64,000 nucleotides of DNA from Corallochytrium limacisporum Hawaii (taxonomy: Eukaryota > Protista > Pluriformea). The DNA is taken from contig PDIP01000028.1 in assembly GCA_002811645.1 (NCBI GenBank), positions 127,105 through 191,104 of the forward strand, given 5' to 3'. The notes under the pieces were generated by a model. The model saw nothing but the letters and a program-made list of their open reading frames with translations. It did no database searches and was not told the DNA's origin. Shown here one piece after another: positions 31,581-43,268 of the stretch. How positions within the stretch are numbered: the first letter of the stretch is position 1; each line of letters starts with the position of its first letter. A program made the position numbers and the translations under genes.

Positions 31581-34500
31581 TTAGTTGCACAGATCCTCCA
31601 ACGTCCGCTTCACCGATCCTGCAAAGTCCTGAGAAGATGCCCTGATTTCAATTTCGATTACGTTTTGATCGTAATCGCTCTCTTGGGCACGGACATACAC
31701 CCGCCCAGCCGCATTACCCACTGATGCAGCAGCATAGCCGCTGCGGTGCATGGCTACCTGCAGAAAGACGCGATGGAACAAAGGACGGCGGACGAAAGCA
31801 TGATCCAACCGTTCGAGGGTCCAATTTTTGCGCAGAATCATAGACTCTCGACCTTTTAGAATGCGCCATTGTTGGGCAAAGTCGTGCTCAAAAACCTGAG
31901 GCATTGGCCGGAGGAAATCTGCGAAGTGCAGAGTACACGGCACATTCGTCACAGTGGACGTGCCATCGGTTGGATCGAGTACGGTGACCTCGAGAGTCAG
32001 GCGCGGGAGAATGTCGTCCGTATCATCGCTAGGCTCTATGTTGCTCCGTTCATTCCAAGCAATGCTGAAACACGCACTGCTCTGGTCGGTCCCTGGTCGG
32101 AGGTGGGCCACAGCACTAGATTCCCGCGTGGGATCAAAGTTGTCCTCGTCAGGGGAGCGCTCGAGTTTGGTTATGATAATCATTGAAGGTTGTCCCGAGA
32201 TCACGCCAGATGCCTTGAGACCGAGCACGAGTCGCTTTCCTTTCAGAGGATCTCTTCCCTTGACGCGTCCGTCCTTCGCACAGCTAAATTTCAGCACTAG
32301 ATCATGCTCCCGCCAAATGCGCACAAGCGAAAGCGAGGGGAATTCCGAAAGCTGGGTTGGTTTGGACTGGCTGCTATCCAAGGAAAAGACAGCCGAGTAC
32401 ACTCCTGACCCTTCGTTGCCGGTCATCGACGATGGAGGGACGTGGACATCCAGGCCGCCCGAGGACCCGCTCAGTCGACCTGGGGACTGGGAACGAAGCA
32501 GGCTAGAGCCACTGCCACGACGTCGCGGGGACATGGCGCCGCCCATCGACGATAGTTCTCCAAGGAGGCCTGTGTCCTCACCTGCTGACATTGTTAGACC
32601 GACGCTGGCTTTGGACTTGACGGGAACCAGCGAAACGGGCTCCGTGCCTGAAGAGGCGACTTTGGGGCTGAGCTGGAGAGCATCAAAGGCGTCTCGAGTT
32701 CTTGAAATGCTGCCTTGGCGGCTGCTGCTGTTGCTCGAGCTCACGTCCAACTTGGCTGGCTCCTGGTTCTCTTCTTCCTCTTCCTCCTTTAGACCCGCAA
32801 ACAGCTCGCGGGCAAGGTTTCTCTTACGCTCCTGCTTCTCTCGAAGCTTCTGCTGTTCGAGGGCAAGCTGTTGGCGCTCACGTTCCGCGCGCTCCGCAAC
32901 TTCCTGTTGTTGGCGCTTCTGCTTTTCTTGTTCACGCATGTGATCCTCGTCTCGGGATTGCACGTTTGAGCTCAGAGGTGACCGGTTTCTAGGGAGATGC
33001 GCTGCGGCAGCTTGGCGTCCTGGTTGGCTTTGTGCCAGACTCACGTCAATATGTGCCTCGACAGTAGACGCTTGTGAAGCCAGTCGCTGCTTCGATGTCT
33101 GCAGGTTAAGGAGGTGACTTTCAACTAGTGATCCACCCTCATCGAAGAAGTGCGCAACGCCGGTGACATTGGACGGTGGGTTCGTATCGGAGGCTTGAGA
33201 CGTGTTCAAGGCTTCTTGTGTGGAAACGGAACTTTCGCTCACGTTATCCGGAATGTGGTGCTCCAGACGAATATCTGTTGGAGAAATGTTGGCTACTGAA
33301 GGGCGATGAAGTTCGCTTTCCCGGGTTAGAAAGTCGATCAGACCCTCTTCAGTCAGGGCATCTACTGCACCCGCACTATGGGCAGAGTTCACCATTGGAG
33401 GCACCGCGATTGAGCTCTTTAGAGGAGTAAATTGGATTCCCGTGACAGAGAACGCAACCTCTAGATTCACCAAGAGACCCTGCCTTTGATTGGGGCGCAC
33501 AGTGTTGATCTTTCCCAGGCAAGATTGATATAGTTTTTTCACACCCTCGTCGTCTCCTGCCTCACTCTGCAATGTTCTTTGCAAAACAGTGTAGATAGCG
33601 GATAGTAGAATTATCAACTCAAAGGGGCTGAATGGTGCAGACCTCTTGTTCAAAAGTGCCGTCAGGAGCGACACGGGCTTGTCTTGTGGCTTCGCAGCAT
33701 GACAGGTATACCACACAAGAATCAAGAACCGGAACTTGTTGTTTGTACCTGATTGGTTTTCAATCATCTCCTGAATTGCAATGATGAATTGATCGCTAAG
33801 GCCGGGAGGTGCTGAAACACATAGATCCGCAATGGTCTTCAGCACTCTTTGGAAGTCAGCGTCTTGAACGCCGATACACTCAAGGGTTTGCCAGTCAGCA
33901 TGTCGAAGCGATCCGCCACAGTATTCGCACAACTCCCAAACTGCTTGCATGAGGGACTGTAACTCCGTGAGGTACGTCTCAGCGACCTTCCAACACAGAT
34001 TGAACGTTTGCTCCGCGTCGGCTACGGTGTAGGTAGACGGGGAACGTTTACCGTTGATGTTCTTACTGACGTCCCTCATTTGGCGTTCCAGGGTGCCCAA
34101 CATTACCTTCAAAATAGCTTGTGCGTTGTCCTTGTTGGCTATGCGGAACAGCACTTCCAATGCGGCACTGTTAATAAGTGGATCGGCCTCTTCGTCCGCC
34201 TCACCATCAAGGCAATCTACAACTTCCATCCGAAAGGAAGAGATGATGTCCAATGGCACACTGTTCATCAGCTTAAGTCCCTTCCATCGAAGATTTCGGC
34301 TGGGCGAAGACAGGAAGGATCTGATTGCCTCTTTGACAGCCCCAGTTAGCCCTTCAACCTCTTTCAGCGACTGATGGGCAGCGCTGTAGAGAAGTACAGC
34401 CTCACTAATAATCATGTATGCCATGATTGATGTCTTTGGAATGCGTCTTAGTGATGTCATCAGCGTGGACGCAAGCTTCTCACTGCTCATGTCCTCGTCT

Positions 34501-35666
34501 GTCACCCTGAACACTTGCACAATATCAGCAATCAGGGCCAGTAGATTGGAATGAAGGAAAGGTCTTGTAAGTCCTTTGTGGCCTCGTCGGCTTGCCTGGT
34601 CTCCTGAAGGACTCTCGCTGCCAGATCCGACGTCTCTCATGCCTGTAGCATTTCCTTCGGACAGATCCACAGACAGTTGACACAACTGATCTAGCAATTC
34701 TCTAAAGATATTGCCCAGTCGCTGAGAGGGACTAATATTTTGAGCTGCCATGAATCTCATTAGGTGGCGCATTGCTGCTATCACCGAGGCACGCACGTTC
34801 CAGTTGGGATCATTGAGACGAGATCGAATTGTCCATGTGCTCTCTGCTAGCTTGTCGTCAATTGAAGCGAAACTCCCTGTGCGGGTGGCTTCGACCACTG
34901 CAGATTCAATCTCCATTAGGGTCAATTTCCCGGTGACGTATACTGCTCGGGCTCTCACTGCTGGCCGTGGGTGATCAATAAGCTTTCCAATAACCGGCAA
35001 AATTTGTGATACGACTGCAGAGACATCGATTCGCATCGACCCAATCAATCCTAATAGCAGACGTGACTCAATCAGGTCATCCTGCTGCTTTGTGGGGCTA
35101 ATGACCGCGGGTTCTGATGTACCGTTCGATAGTGAACTGCTGGCCTGACTTCGCTGATCACTGGAAAATGCTATAGCTGAATAGTTCAGGTCTTGCAGTA
35201 TACTATTAATGACCAAATACTTTAGATCTTCCGGGCCCTGTGGTATCAAAAGCCCCGCCCCAAGGTAGCCTATCCGTCGTTCACGTAGACTGTACTGATT
35301 TCCGGTGAGTTTAATGCTAGGCACGAGCGCAACAGAAGGCACATCCGAAATAAGACCCATAACATGCAAACAGATCGCCTGCTTTAGTAATATTTCTTTC
35401 GCCGGCAAAGGTTCCTTCATGAGCCTCTGAATATGCTCGCGCGCTGCTGTGGTGGGCGATCCATTCGGTGACGCTGCAGATCTTTGTATACTCTCTAACA
35501 GTTCCCCAGGTTTTACGGACGCTCCATCGCCGCCACGCGCGGAAAGCTCTAACTGGGCGACAACTGTGTGCCACAGCCGTTGAGCAGCCAGTTTTTCACC
35601 GGCTGGGGTGGTCGTAAGCGCAATGGCTTTGAGCGGATCATCATACTCACTCTTATGTGTACTCAT
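31581..35666 (-). CDS. AP4E1: Adaptor complex large subunit, most like AP-4 epsilon
   Basis: Adaptin_N features LRERRIGYL...LVINSILQDL, NLRWKGL, VVDCLD...DPLINSAALEVLFRIANKDNAQAILKVML; long hinge containing KRNLARELF; C-terminal appendage-like region. Confidence 0.7.
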   Translation of the reverse strand: MSTHKSEYDDPLKAIALTTTPAGEKLAAQRLWHTVVAQLELSARGGDGASVKPGELLESIQRSAASPNGSPTTAAREHIQRLMKEPLPAKEILLKQAICLHVMGLISDVPSVALVPSIKLTGNQYSLRERRIGYLGAGLLIPQGPEDLKYLVINSILQDLNYSAIAFSSDQRSQASSSLSNGTSEPAVISPTKQQDDLIESRLLLGLIGSMRIDVSAVVSQILPVIGKLIDHPRPAVRARAVYVTGKLTLMEIESAVVEATRTGSFASIDDKLAESTWTIRSRLNDPNWNVRASVIAAMRHLMRFMAAQNISPSQRLGNIFRELLDQLCQLSVDLSEGNATGMRDVGSGSESPSGDQASRRGHKGLTRPFLHSNLLALIADIVQVFRVTDEDMSSEKLASTLMTSLRRIPKTSIMAYMIISEAVLLYSAAHQSLKEVEGLTGAVKEAIRSFLSSPSRNLRWKGLKLMNSVPLDIISSFRMEVVDCLDGEADEEADPLINSAALEVLFRIANKDNAQAILKVMLGTLERQMRDVSKNINGKRSPSTYTVADAEQTFNLCWKVAETYLTELQSLMQAVWELCEYCGGSLRHADWQTLECIGVQDADFQRVLKTIADLCVSAPPGLSDQFIIAIQEMIENQSGTNNKFRFLILVWYTCHAAKPQDKPVSLLTALLNKRSAPFSPFELIILLSAIYTVLQRTLQSEAGDDEGVKKLYQSCLGKINTVRPNQRQGLLVNLEVAFSVTGIQFTPLKSSIAVPPMVNSAHSAGAVDALTEEGLIDFLTRESELHRPSVANISPTDIRLEHHIPDNVSESSVSTQEALNTSQASDTNPPSNVTGVAHFFDEGGSLVESHLLNLQTSKQRLASQASTVEAHIDVSLAQSQPGRQAAAAHLPRNRSPLSSNVQSRDEDHMREQEKQKRQQQEVAERAERERQQLALEQQKLREKQERKRNLARELFAGLKEEEEEENQEPAKLDVSSSNSSSRQGSISRTRDAFDALQLSPKVASSGTEPVSLVPVKSKASVGLTMSAGEDTGLLGELSSMGGAMSPRRRGSGSSLLRSQSPGRLSGSSGGLDVHVPPSSMTGNEGSGVYSAVFSLDSSQSKPTQLSEFPSLSLVRIWREHDLVLKFSCAKDGRVKGRDPLKGKRLVLGLKASGVISGQPSMIIITKLERSPDEDNFDPTRESSAVAHLRPGTDQSSACFSIAWNERSNIEPSDDTDDILPRLTLEVTVLDPTDGTSTVTNVPCTLHFADFLRPMPQVFEHDFAQQWRILKGRESMILRKNWTLERLDHAFVRRPLFHRVFLQVAMHRSGYAAASVGNAAGRVYVRAQESDYDQNVIEIEIRASSQDFAGSVKRTLEDLCN

Positions 35667-36291
35667 TGTAGATTAGCCAACTGGAGTATTCCAATGACGG
35701 GACCCTAGGCACACTTGTCACATTGTTGCTACCGATATCGACAACCTCGACCTACGTTTATTTCGCTTGCATCACTATACTTTTTTCCAATTAGTTCCGG
35801 ATCATATGCGCGCGATGGTCCCTTGATATCAATTCTAGCGTGCACATATCATGGTCCATACGCAGTCGGCCTCTCTCTAACACCCGTCCGAGCCGGCTCC
35901 AGATAGAAAGGACGAGGCAGGGAGGGTTCCGGCCTCCCCTCAAATTTGCGCCGCGCCTCCGGAACACGGCGCAGACAAGCGGCCCCCTTCTCCCCCTCCC
36001 CCCAACCCTCCCTTCCCCGCGCCCAAAAAAATGAGGGTTGGGGCAGATGGGGTAGGCGGGCCTTCACCTGAGGCACGCACAGGAGACGCGTCTCAGCAGG
36101 GTCGACCATCAGCGTGCCGTGTAGACTGCTCTCTGTTCCACTATGTTGATCAGCTCCTTGAACAATGTCTTCTCTGCTTCCATAGATGGCTCACCTGTTC
36201 AGTGAAATATCAAGGCTAAGGTAACTACGTGATGCGATCATGTGGATTTGACCCGCCTTTTGGCAGAAGCTAGAAACGCAAAGATACTGGC

Positions 36292-37491
36292 ATGAGCTTC
36301 CGTCCAGTTCCGCTCAAAAGTCCAAATTTGGAACGAGATCGCTGGACCATTATTGAACACGTGGATTTTACGTTCTTAGAAGAGCACTTTGAACGGAACA
36401 GACCGCCGCTGTGTTGCATCCAAAACGAGACGCGTTCCGACAACAGGAAACTGGCACCGATCATTGCGGCACTGCGTCTGGAGAAGGATGGGTATGAGCT
36501 AAGGATTTGTTTCGATTGGCACTACATCTACACAGAAAGGATCATCGGCAGTCCCTCACTGTTTGCGCGAAATACAGAATGTAATCGCAGCAACGACGAG
36601 TTCGAAACAGTGGACGCTCTGATCGCTGCATTAAAGGAGGCATTTGCCGACATTGAACAGTTCTCGTACGGACACGAAAGACGACCAACTCTTCAATTGG
36701 TTGCGGGATCACACGAACACACAAGTGTTAAAGAAGAGGACGACTCGGCGCAAATAATCTTGAAGATTCATTGCAAAAAGCCATACGAATTCAAATGGAC
36801 TTGCAAACTGAAACGGGACACTGAAACCAACTTCCTGCGGACAGTTTTGATACCGGAACGGTACGCTTTGAATATCCTTGATCAGGCATTGATCCAATTT
36901 GATAAGAGTGTGGGCGACCTGATTGTACCCGAAGTATCCAACAAGCGACCATATTCTGTGCGCTCCCTTTGGAGATCTTGTCTTCGGGATCAGCTGAAAA
37001 ACTCCCTGCCTGAGGACGCCACACAAGAGGCATCTGTGTCGCTAGATCGGCACCTTGGATCTCAGCAGTCTAGCACGTCACAACTGACCTCGTCGCAAGT
37101 TCTCAGTCATATGAGTGCACTTGACTCTGCGCTGGACTTTTTCCACCAGATATTCGGAGATCGGATCGCAAACAATCGCCGAGGGAACGATAGTGTGAAA
37201 GGGAAGGAGGAAGGGTCGGAGGCAAGAGCCGAGGTCGTAGACGAACAAGTGGACAACAAAATCGGCTCGCTATCTGACGTTGACGAGGACATTGCTATTG
37301 CTCAGGACGCTCTCAACACAACAGCGAGTCTGCCGACGGCAACCACCATCGAACAGCCACAACCGCAAGGAGTGAACCCTCGACGGCAAGGATCTCAGCA
37401 ATCCAACACTCCAACACAGGAACCAAGTGAAGAAGTAGAAGAGGACAATCGCGTGAGGAAAGCTCGTAGACTTCTCGGTTTTGGTCGATGA
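36292..37491 (+). CDS. NHEJ1: XLF/Cernunnos-like NHEJ factor
   Basis: Head-domain pattern GYELRICFDWHYIYTE...ARNTECN...LKIHCKKPYEFKWTCKL...FLRTVLIP; basic-hydrophobic C-terminus RKARRLLGF resembles the XLF Ku-binding motif. Confidence 0.55.
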   Translation: MSFRPVPLKSPNLERDRWTIIEHVDFTFLEEHFERNRPPLCCIQNETRSDNRKLAPIIAALRLEKDGYELRICFDWHYIYTERIIGSPSLFARNTECNRSNDEFETVDALIAALKEAFADIEQFSYGHERRPTLQLVAGSHEHTSVKEEDDSAQIILKIHCKKPYEFKWTCKLKRDTETNFLRTVLIPERYALNILDQALIQFDKSVGDLIVPEVSNKRPYSVRSLWRSCLRDQLKNSLPEDATQEASVSLDRHLGSQQSSTSQLTSSQVLSHMSALDSALDFFHQIFGDRIANNRRGNDSVKGKEEGSEARAEVVDEQVDNKIGSLSDVDEDIAIAQDALNTTASLPTATTIEQPQPQGVNPRRQGSQQSNTPTQEPSEEVEEDNRVRKARRLLGFGR

Positions 37492-37501
37492 TCTGACAAT
37501 C

Positions 37502-38992
37502 ATGACTGGGAGAGCGCTATCGCAGAAAAGGTCAAGTCAAGGATCCCCGCTTCGGAGTAAGGCGAGGGGGACAAAGTCCCAGGGGAGATCCCTTGCAGGG
37601 TTTAGCGGAAAGAAGAAGCCAGCCTCAAAACGTGGGTCATCATCCATTTCGTCGCCTCTGGGATCGTCCGTGAACAAGTCAAAAAAGCGTGTGACATCAC
37701 CGGGCATCAGTCTGTCACAACCAAAGCGTGCGATACATCGCAAGAGTGCCCTCTCACAAGCGCCTTCGCGGACCCAGCAACAGGAGCGCGATGAGCAAGA
37801 GATTATGGAAGAAGTCCTACGCGATTACAGTCTGGGAGTTGATGTCAAGACTGAGCTGCGGAAGTCGATTGCAGGTGGTGCAATGAATATGAACTTCCCA
37901 TCGTTCACAACCCTGGTACAACAGCAAATTATTGCCGATATTGAGCACTGCATGGATAGCGGACGGGTGAATGAAATTGGCGTCCATCTGGCCAGACTTC
38001 TACCGGTTGTGAGGCTTCATGTAGACTTCATTTACTGCTGGGGTCGGGCGCTCTTTCTATCAGCTCTTGCGGCTAGCCGTCATCATAGAGGAGGGCTCGC
38101 GGACGATGTGTCCATGACAACTTCCGTTGCATTGCGGTTCCTCCGGCGCTTCCTGACCTTGGCCTCCAATCGACCGCGCACTGACCTAGCGCTGGAGATT
38201 GCTGCGTTCTACGCTAAGTATTTCTCCTTTGAAGATCTCCTGGCGTTCATCACGCCCATCATTGCAAATGAACCGTATGCAAGCGATCCGCGCTTCCATG
38301 CCCTGGTTGGATTTGCCAAGAATCTGGGCCAGAGACCGGGCTCTGGTGACAACGATCTTCGGTTTGCTGTAATCAACATTGATCGTGGCAGGACGGCTGC
38401 CATGGCAGCTGCATGGATCAGCAGCCAACTGCAGAACATTACAAGCAGTGATGACCCGAAGCCGCTTGAGCAGCTGCTGGCCATTTGCATGCTTTCGCGT
38501 GCTGCACGGAGCAGAGTCTTGACTCAGCAAAGACTCGGTCGAGACTTCCGCCTGGATCGACTCGTTCTGACTCTGTTGCATGACACCCGCCTCCAATCTG
38601 ACCTGCCCTTGGCCAAGACCCGAGAGGTCGCCATTTTAGTCGCGTGTCGCGAAACCGACCCGTCCTACGTTCCTGCTTCATGCAGCATGGTAGAGAGTAT
38701 GTGGAATGAAGGCTATCTGAGCACATACGAGGCTTTAGAAATCTGCGTGGATGCGCTTTCCCCGGCAGTGACTTACATTGAAAGTCAAGCTGCTGACGAG
38801 GACGCAGTTGCCATGATTGCTGCCTACGCTGTATTTGCAGCCCGGGTTCTGGAGGCCGAGATTGAACAAGGCCTGTGGACAGATCCGGTTGAGCTCTGGA
38901 CCTTCTGCGGCGGATTAGAGCTGCCTGAGAGTGACACAGAGGAGTTCCAGAAGCTCAGAGATGTGCTTCTAGGCAAGAAATTCAAGTTGTGA
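37502..38992 (+). CDS. Helical-repeat protein, possibly RNA Pol I core factor subunit Rrn11/TAF1A
   Basis: Very basic N-terminus; IEHCMDSGR and IIANEPYASDPRFHALVG resemble Rrn11-family blocks; the 496-aa ORF is clearly coding but the family call is tentative. Confidence 0.45.
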   Translation: MTGRALSQKRSSQGSPLRSKARGTKSQGRSLAGFSGKKKPASKRGSSSISSPLGSSVNKSKKRVTSPGISLSQPKRAIHRKSALSQAPSRTQQQERDEQEIMEEVLRDYSLGVDVKTELRKSIAGGAMNMNFPSFTTLVQQQIIADIEHCMDSGRVNEIGVHLARLLPVVRLHVDFIYCWGRALFLSALAASRHHRGGLADDVSMTTSVALRFLRRFLTLASNRPRTDLALEIAAFYAKYFSFEDLLAFITPIIANEPYASDPRFHALVGFAKNLGQRPGSGDNDLRFAVINIDRGRTAAMAAAWISSQLQNITSSDDPKPLEQLLAICMLSRAARSRVLTQQRLGRDFRLDRLVLTLLHDTRLQSDLPLAKTREVAILVACRETDPSYVPASCSMVESMWNEGYLSTYEALEICVDALSPAVTYIESQAADEDAVAMIAAYAVFAARVLEAEIEQGLWTDPVELWTFCGGLELPESDTEEFQKLRDVLLGKKFKL

Positions 38993-39100
38993 AGCAATAT
39001 ACATTACATCCAATGGTTGAGGCCTGCTCCAATTTTGATATGGTTTATTATCATTTCAACATATGTTCACAACCGAATTTCGGCGCCACTGCAAGAAAGT

Positions 39101-40021
39101 CTATCCGTGGGTCTCACCAACCTCACCAGCCACACGTTTAAACTCCTTCATGTTGGTCGCTTCCGCAGGCTGTCCGAGGAGGATAAGCTCTTCCATAGTG
39201 GTGACATCGCCACCGCCCTGGTTGTCCTTGATAAAGAGCAACAGGGAATGTACATTCTGAAATTTGACAAACTGTAACTCTCGAACACCGCTTTCAATGC
39301 CCGGGACGAGGTCCTTGTCGGTCAGATCGAATTCCTGGGTGGCGGCCGCGGTTTCCGCGTCCTCGAATTGGAGCATGTGGATCGGGTTGGCAAATAAACG
39401 GACATGCTTTGGCCCTGTTTCCTTGTCTGTGGAACTAATCTTGATCGAGTGTAGACGCATAGGCTGCTTGAAAGGGATACTGATCAGCAGTTGCTCATCA
39501 CAATCACTCTGCAGACAGCCCGGTGCTTTGCCTAGTGCATTACGCAATGGCTTCGTATCGTCTTGATTAAGGCACTCCATCTGTGAATCGTCAATGTACT
39601 CCCGGATGTTGATAAATTGCTTGCCGTAGCTCTGCACGCCCTCGGGATCAGCGCCCTTGTGCATGGAGATCGTCCCCTCGAGCTTTTCTGCGTTTGCTCC
39701 TGAGAAAGAGGTGACCTTTGCCTGGTCTTTGAAGAACACGAAGGTCGGGGTAGAGGTTACACCGTGGGCTTGCGCAGCGTCTGGGTTAACTTTTACGTCG
39801 ACCTTCAGGAAACCCACACCCGGATACTTGTTGCTGAGTTCATTAAAAACCGGTGCGATCATCTGACACGGTCCGCAGGTGGCTGAGGTGAAGTCAATCA
39901 CGATCAATTTTCCTGCCCCAGCATTGTTGATTTCACCGGTCAGCTCGTCAGCTGTTGTTATGTTTTTCACCGGCATACTTGTCGAGGATATGTAACCAAC
40001 GTCTTCTGATGTGGCACTCAA
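39101..40021 (-). CDS. TXNL1: Thioredoxin-like protein 1 (Trx + PITH)
   Basis: CGPC thioredoxin domain followed by PITH (ECLNQ, LQSDCDEQLLI, FVKFQNV, ATNMKEFKRVAG). Confidence 0.95.
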   Translation of the reverse strand: MSATSEDVGYISSTSMPVKNITTADELTGEINNAGAGKLIVIDFTSATCGPCQMIAPVFNELSNKYPGVGFLKVDVKVNPDAAQAHGVTSTPTFVFFKDQAKVTSFSGANAEKLEGTISMHKGADPEGVQSYGKQFINIREYIDDSQMECLNQDDTKPLRNALGKAPGCLQSDCDEQLLISIPFKQPMRLHSIKISSTDKETGPKHVRLFANPIHMLQFEDAETAAATQEFDLTDKDLVPGIESGVRELQFVKFQNVHSLLLFIKDNQGGGDVTTMEELILLGQPAEATNMKEFKRVAGEVGETHG

Positions 40022-43000
40022 TCATCAGACTACAAGTAATGACTGAGTAGTTTGAACTTGGTTGAATACCACCACGTACGGAACCACCAAACTCAGCCGA
40101 AACAAAGAATATGGTATTCCTTCGTCGAACCAGGCCATGTTGTTCTCAACCGAATGGTCACCTCCTCGAAAGAGTCTGAATGTGCCAGATCTGCAATAGA
40201 GCGGGCAACAGCAACGGTACACGGTGTTCTCTGGAGCCCCTTGGCGCCCAACACACTCTCCCCTTGGCAATTCGCGAACAACAGCTCTCTAGAAGAAAAA
40301 GCCGACTTGGGGGGGGGCCATCCCAACGCAGTCCCTCCTCCCTCCCACCGGTCTCAGAATACAGGAAATACAAGTGTTTAGCCCAATCACATGAATCGAA
40401 ACAGGGGCCTATTTAATCCGAACCCGAGTAGAAAATTGACACTGAGCACACAGCTCGCAGTAATTGGAGTCTGGGGCATCTGTTTACCCAGAATTCCGTT
40501 TCCAGCCACCTATAATACCGCAGCCCCACGCAACCCCCACCACTAAGGAACGGATAGGAGCAACCCTTTTTTATTTTGGCCAACGCTCAAGGGTATTGGA
40601 AGTTTTTGTTTTCCTGGCTGTGAGAGGGGAGGGCAAAGAAAGTGGGGAACAGGACTTTGCGAGCGAGTCCCAAACTCATTTACCGGGGGCGCCACCCTCC
40701 GCACGGTCGGCAACAACCGCCGGAAACCATTGTCTGGGGAGAGACAATTCCTTGGTTTTCTCATCGAGGCCTCCCCCACCTGCAAGATGAAAAGAGGGAG
40801 GGAGGGGTGGGGGGAGGAATCCATATCGAAGGCGAGGCAGGCCTACCGAACAAAGGGATCTATTTCCCTTCTTTCGGGGCGTTCCCCTATCCGCCTCAGC
40901 TTGTTCCCCCGGGGTTCTTATGGTTCCTTTGTTGCTAGTTGAGGAATGTGTGTATAAGGTATGCCTGCCTCAGCGGGCAGTGTCCACCCGGGGACGTAGG
41001 CAATCCCCGCTCATTGTCCACTGCTGAAGAGTCCGCACAAAGTGCGACGCCACGTAATGGGTTCCCATCAATCTTAGCGTGCAAGGAGTAGTGGATGTTT
41101 TTACTGGAGTACCACACGTGAGCTGAATAACTTTGTTGCTTGTCCTTGACCATAGTGCGTAACCAGTACCTTATCTTGGACTTTGCAGTGCTCGATATTC
41201 TCTGCGGGATAGGGCTGGCTCAGCAACACTGACACCCAGGAACATTTCATTTGCTCGACGGCGCCGATCCAGAGAGTAGCGGACAAACAATAAAGTCGCG
41301 CATTTGTCTCCCACCAAGCGGGAGGGAGGCCGAGGCGGGTATGAGGAATTCCCTGTTCCAATAACACGATGTCAAATTCGGGACCATTGCTGGGAGCTTG
41401 TACTCACGGACGAAGATTGTATGAGGGCAACAGACGGTCAAAAATCAAAAGGCATGAGTTGCTTTCTCTCTCGGTCTGCGTGCTCTCTAAATCTGGCCGA
41501 CCAAACACGTTGACTGTCAAATTCCGAAACAAGAGTCAGCAAGTTGAGTCAGTGCACCCCGTAAGTTCCCGAAAACGATCGGCCAGCTTACTTGTCATCG
41601 TCATCAGCCGCTGTGTTCTCTGACAGGCACTCCGCCGTTTAGCCCCATCAGCGGCCTTTCAAGAGATGGATAGCGGTAGTCCAAACAACGTCGCACTATC
41701 AAAAGTTAATGACACCAACAACAGTTTTAGCCCTATCAATGAGTATATGATTTGAAAAAGGGCTATGTCTGGTACAAGAGCTGATGTGTGTGTACATGGG
41801 AGTTCAGAACGATAGCGCCAAGGTCACGTCGCTACCTAATCCTTACCGCCCACATACACAAATTAAATAAAGTAGTAGTAGATTGGGGATCTGAATTGTT
41901 TCAAGTACATATCAAAATCGTGTACGTTGTCTACCTCTCGGGACAAAGTGAGAAAAAGTCCCCACAATATCAGCAGCGCGTGAGCTGAAGCCGAGCTTTA
42001 ATATGCCGCCCCCCCCCCGGCCCTGGTGGACTATATAAAGTCACTGTTGTGACAATGGCACTTCTCAATTGACTCTCTCGTACGAAAACTAAGCACTATT
42101 GCTGAGTGTTGGCGGGCTTGAAAGAGAGGCGGGCGTGAACGCGCAATTATGGAGATTAGACAATGGTACGGCCCAAGACAATTCCCGTTGTGCAACCAGT
42201 GCCAGGTTCGCACTACCACACTCTGACCCTACGATCAGAAAATGAAACTCAATAACATTGAAGCAGAACGTTATGCCTGCGGGTGGCGTAAGGTCCGGTA
42301 CTGCGCTGAGGGTACCGCTCCTGTAAATACCGCGAGAGCCTCTGTATCACGAAACTAAACCGCACGGGGTACAGAACTTTGCAATTGCTGGAGCATTGTG
42401 CGTTTGGGAGACACCACCTTTCCGGATTGGATAAGTATGGCTCCAGAGTCTTGTCGGTGTGTGTCACCAGACAACCCCTTTAGACTTCGGATGTTTCTTT
42501 CCTTCGACGAGCCCCAGCTCCCCCCCCCTTCCGGGTGGACCGGAACCACAGGCTGACCAATGCCCCAAGCTGGATAGTAGCGGTAGATACTAGTATTGAG
42601 ATCGACGAAAATTTTCCTCTGAGCACCCATCCTTACACCGGTACCGATACCTAAAACTAACACAGAGCCTAACATGCAATGTTCACTCGGTGAGAGCTTT
42701 ATGCGCCAGGCCTCCGGCTCCCCCGGTTCTACCAGTTTCGACTGGGCTCACAAAAATAGCCGTTGCCCACACGCACTCTCCTAGCGTACAGTTGCGTGCA
42801 GAGCATTTTTTTGCCCTTCGAGGTTCTGTTCGGTACCAATCCTCGCGGACCGGAGCTTTCAAGAGGGAGGGAATGGCTTACCGGGAGCAGTGTTCCCTGC
42901 TGTCCGCGTAGACAAATGGGGAAAGGCGAATAATTTACATGAAGATTATCATGGATGCTCTGAATGCTTTGGTAAGTGTCTGTGGAATGTTCTCGCCGTA

Positions 43001-43268
43001 TAAACCAATGGTCTTCGAAATAATGCGCTTGTCCTGGTATTTGTCGGTAACGCACCCTGTCGGAAGCTATTCTTTGTTTCTTCTCTCATTGGAAGAATCT
43101 TTTTGACATACAGTTCCGGGAATGGGAAACATAATGAATTAGGCGGATTGTGTAAGCCAAGGTGAAGAGGCCGAGACACAAGGAACCGGAAAGACACATT
43201 GACTTGAAGTGAGCAAGGGACTGTAAATTACAACGCACGGGGAACAAAACCTGCCAACAGACACCACA

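Noticed and set aside
31954-32943. 329-aa plus-strand ORF
   Set aside because: Antisense shadow of the adaptin gene; Ser/Arg-rich with no domain
40935-41367. Overlapping short minus-strand ORFs as an antizyme-like frameshift gene
   Set aside because: No UCC-UGA shift site and no antizyme ORF2 motifs
41952-41963. GAAAAAGTCCCC resembling RNase MRP conserved region I
   Set aside because: No complementary GGGGCU region V found at a suitable distance downstream
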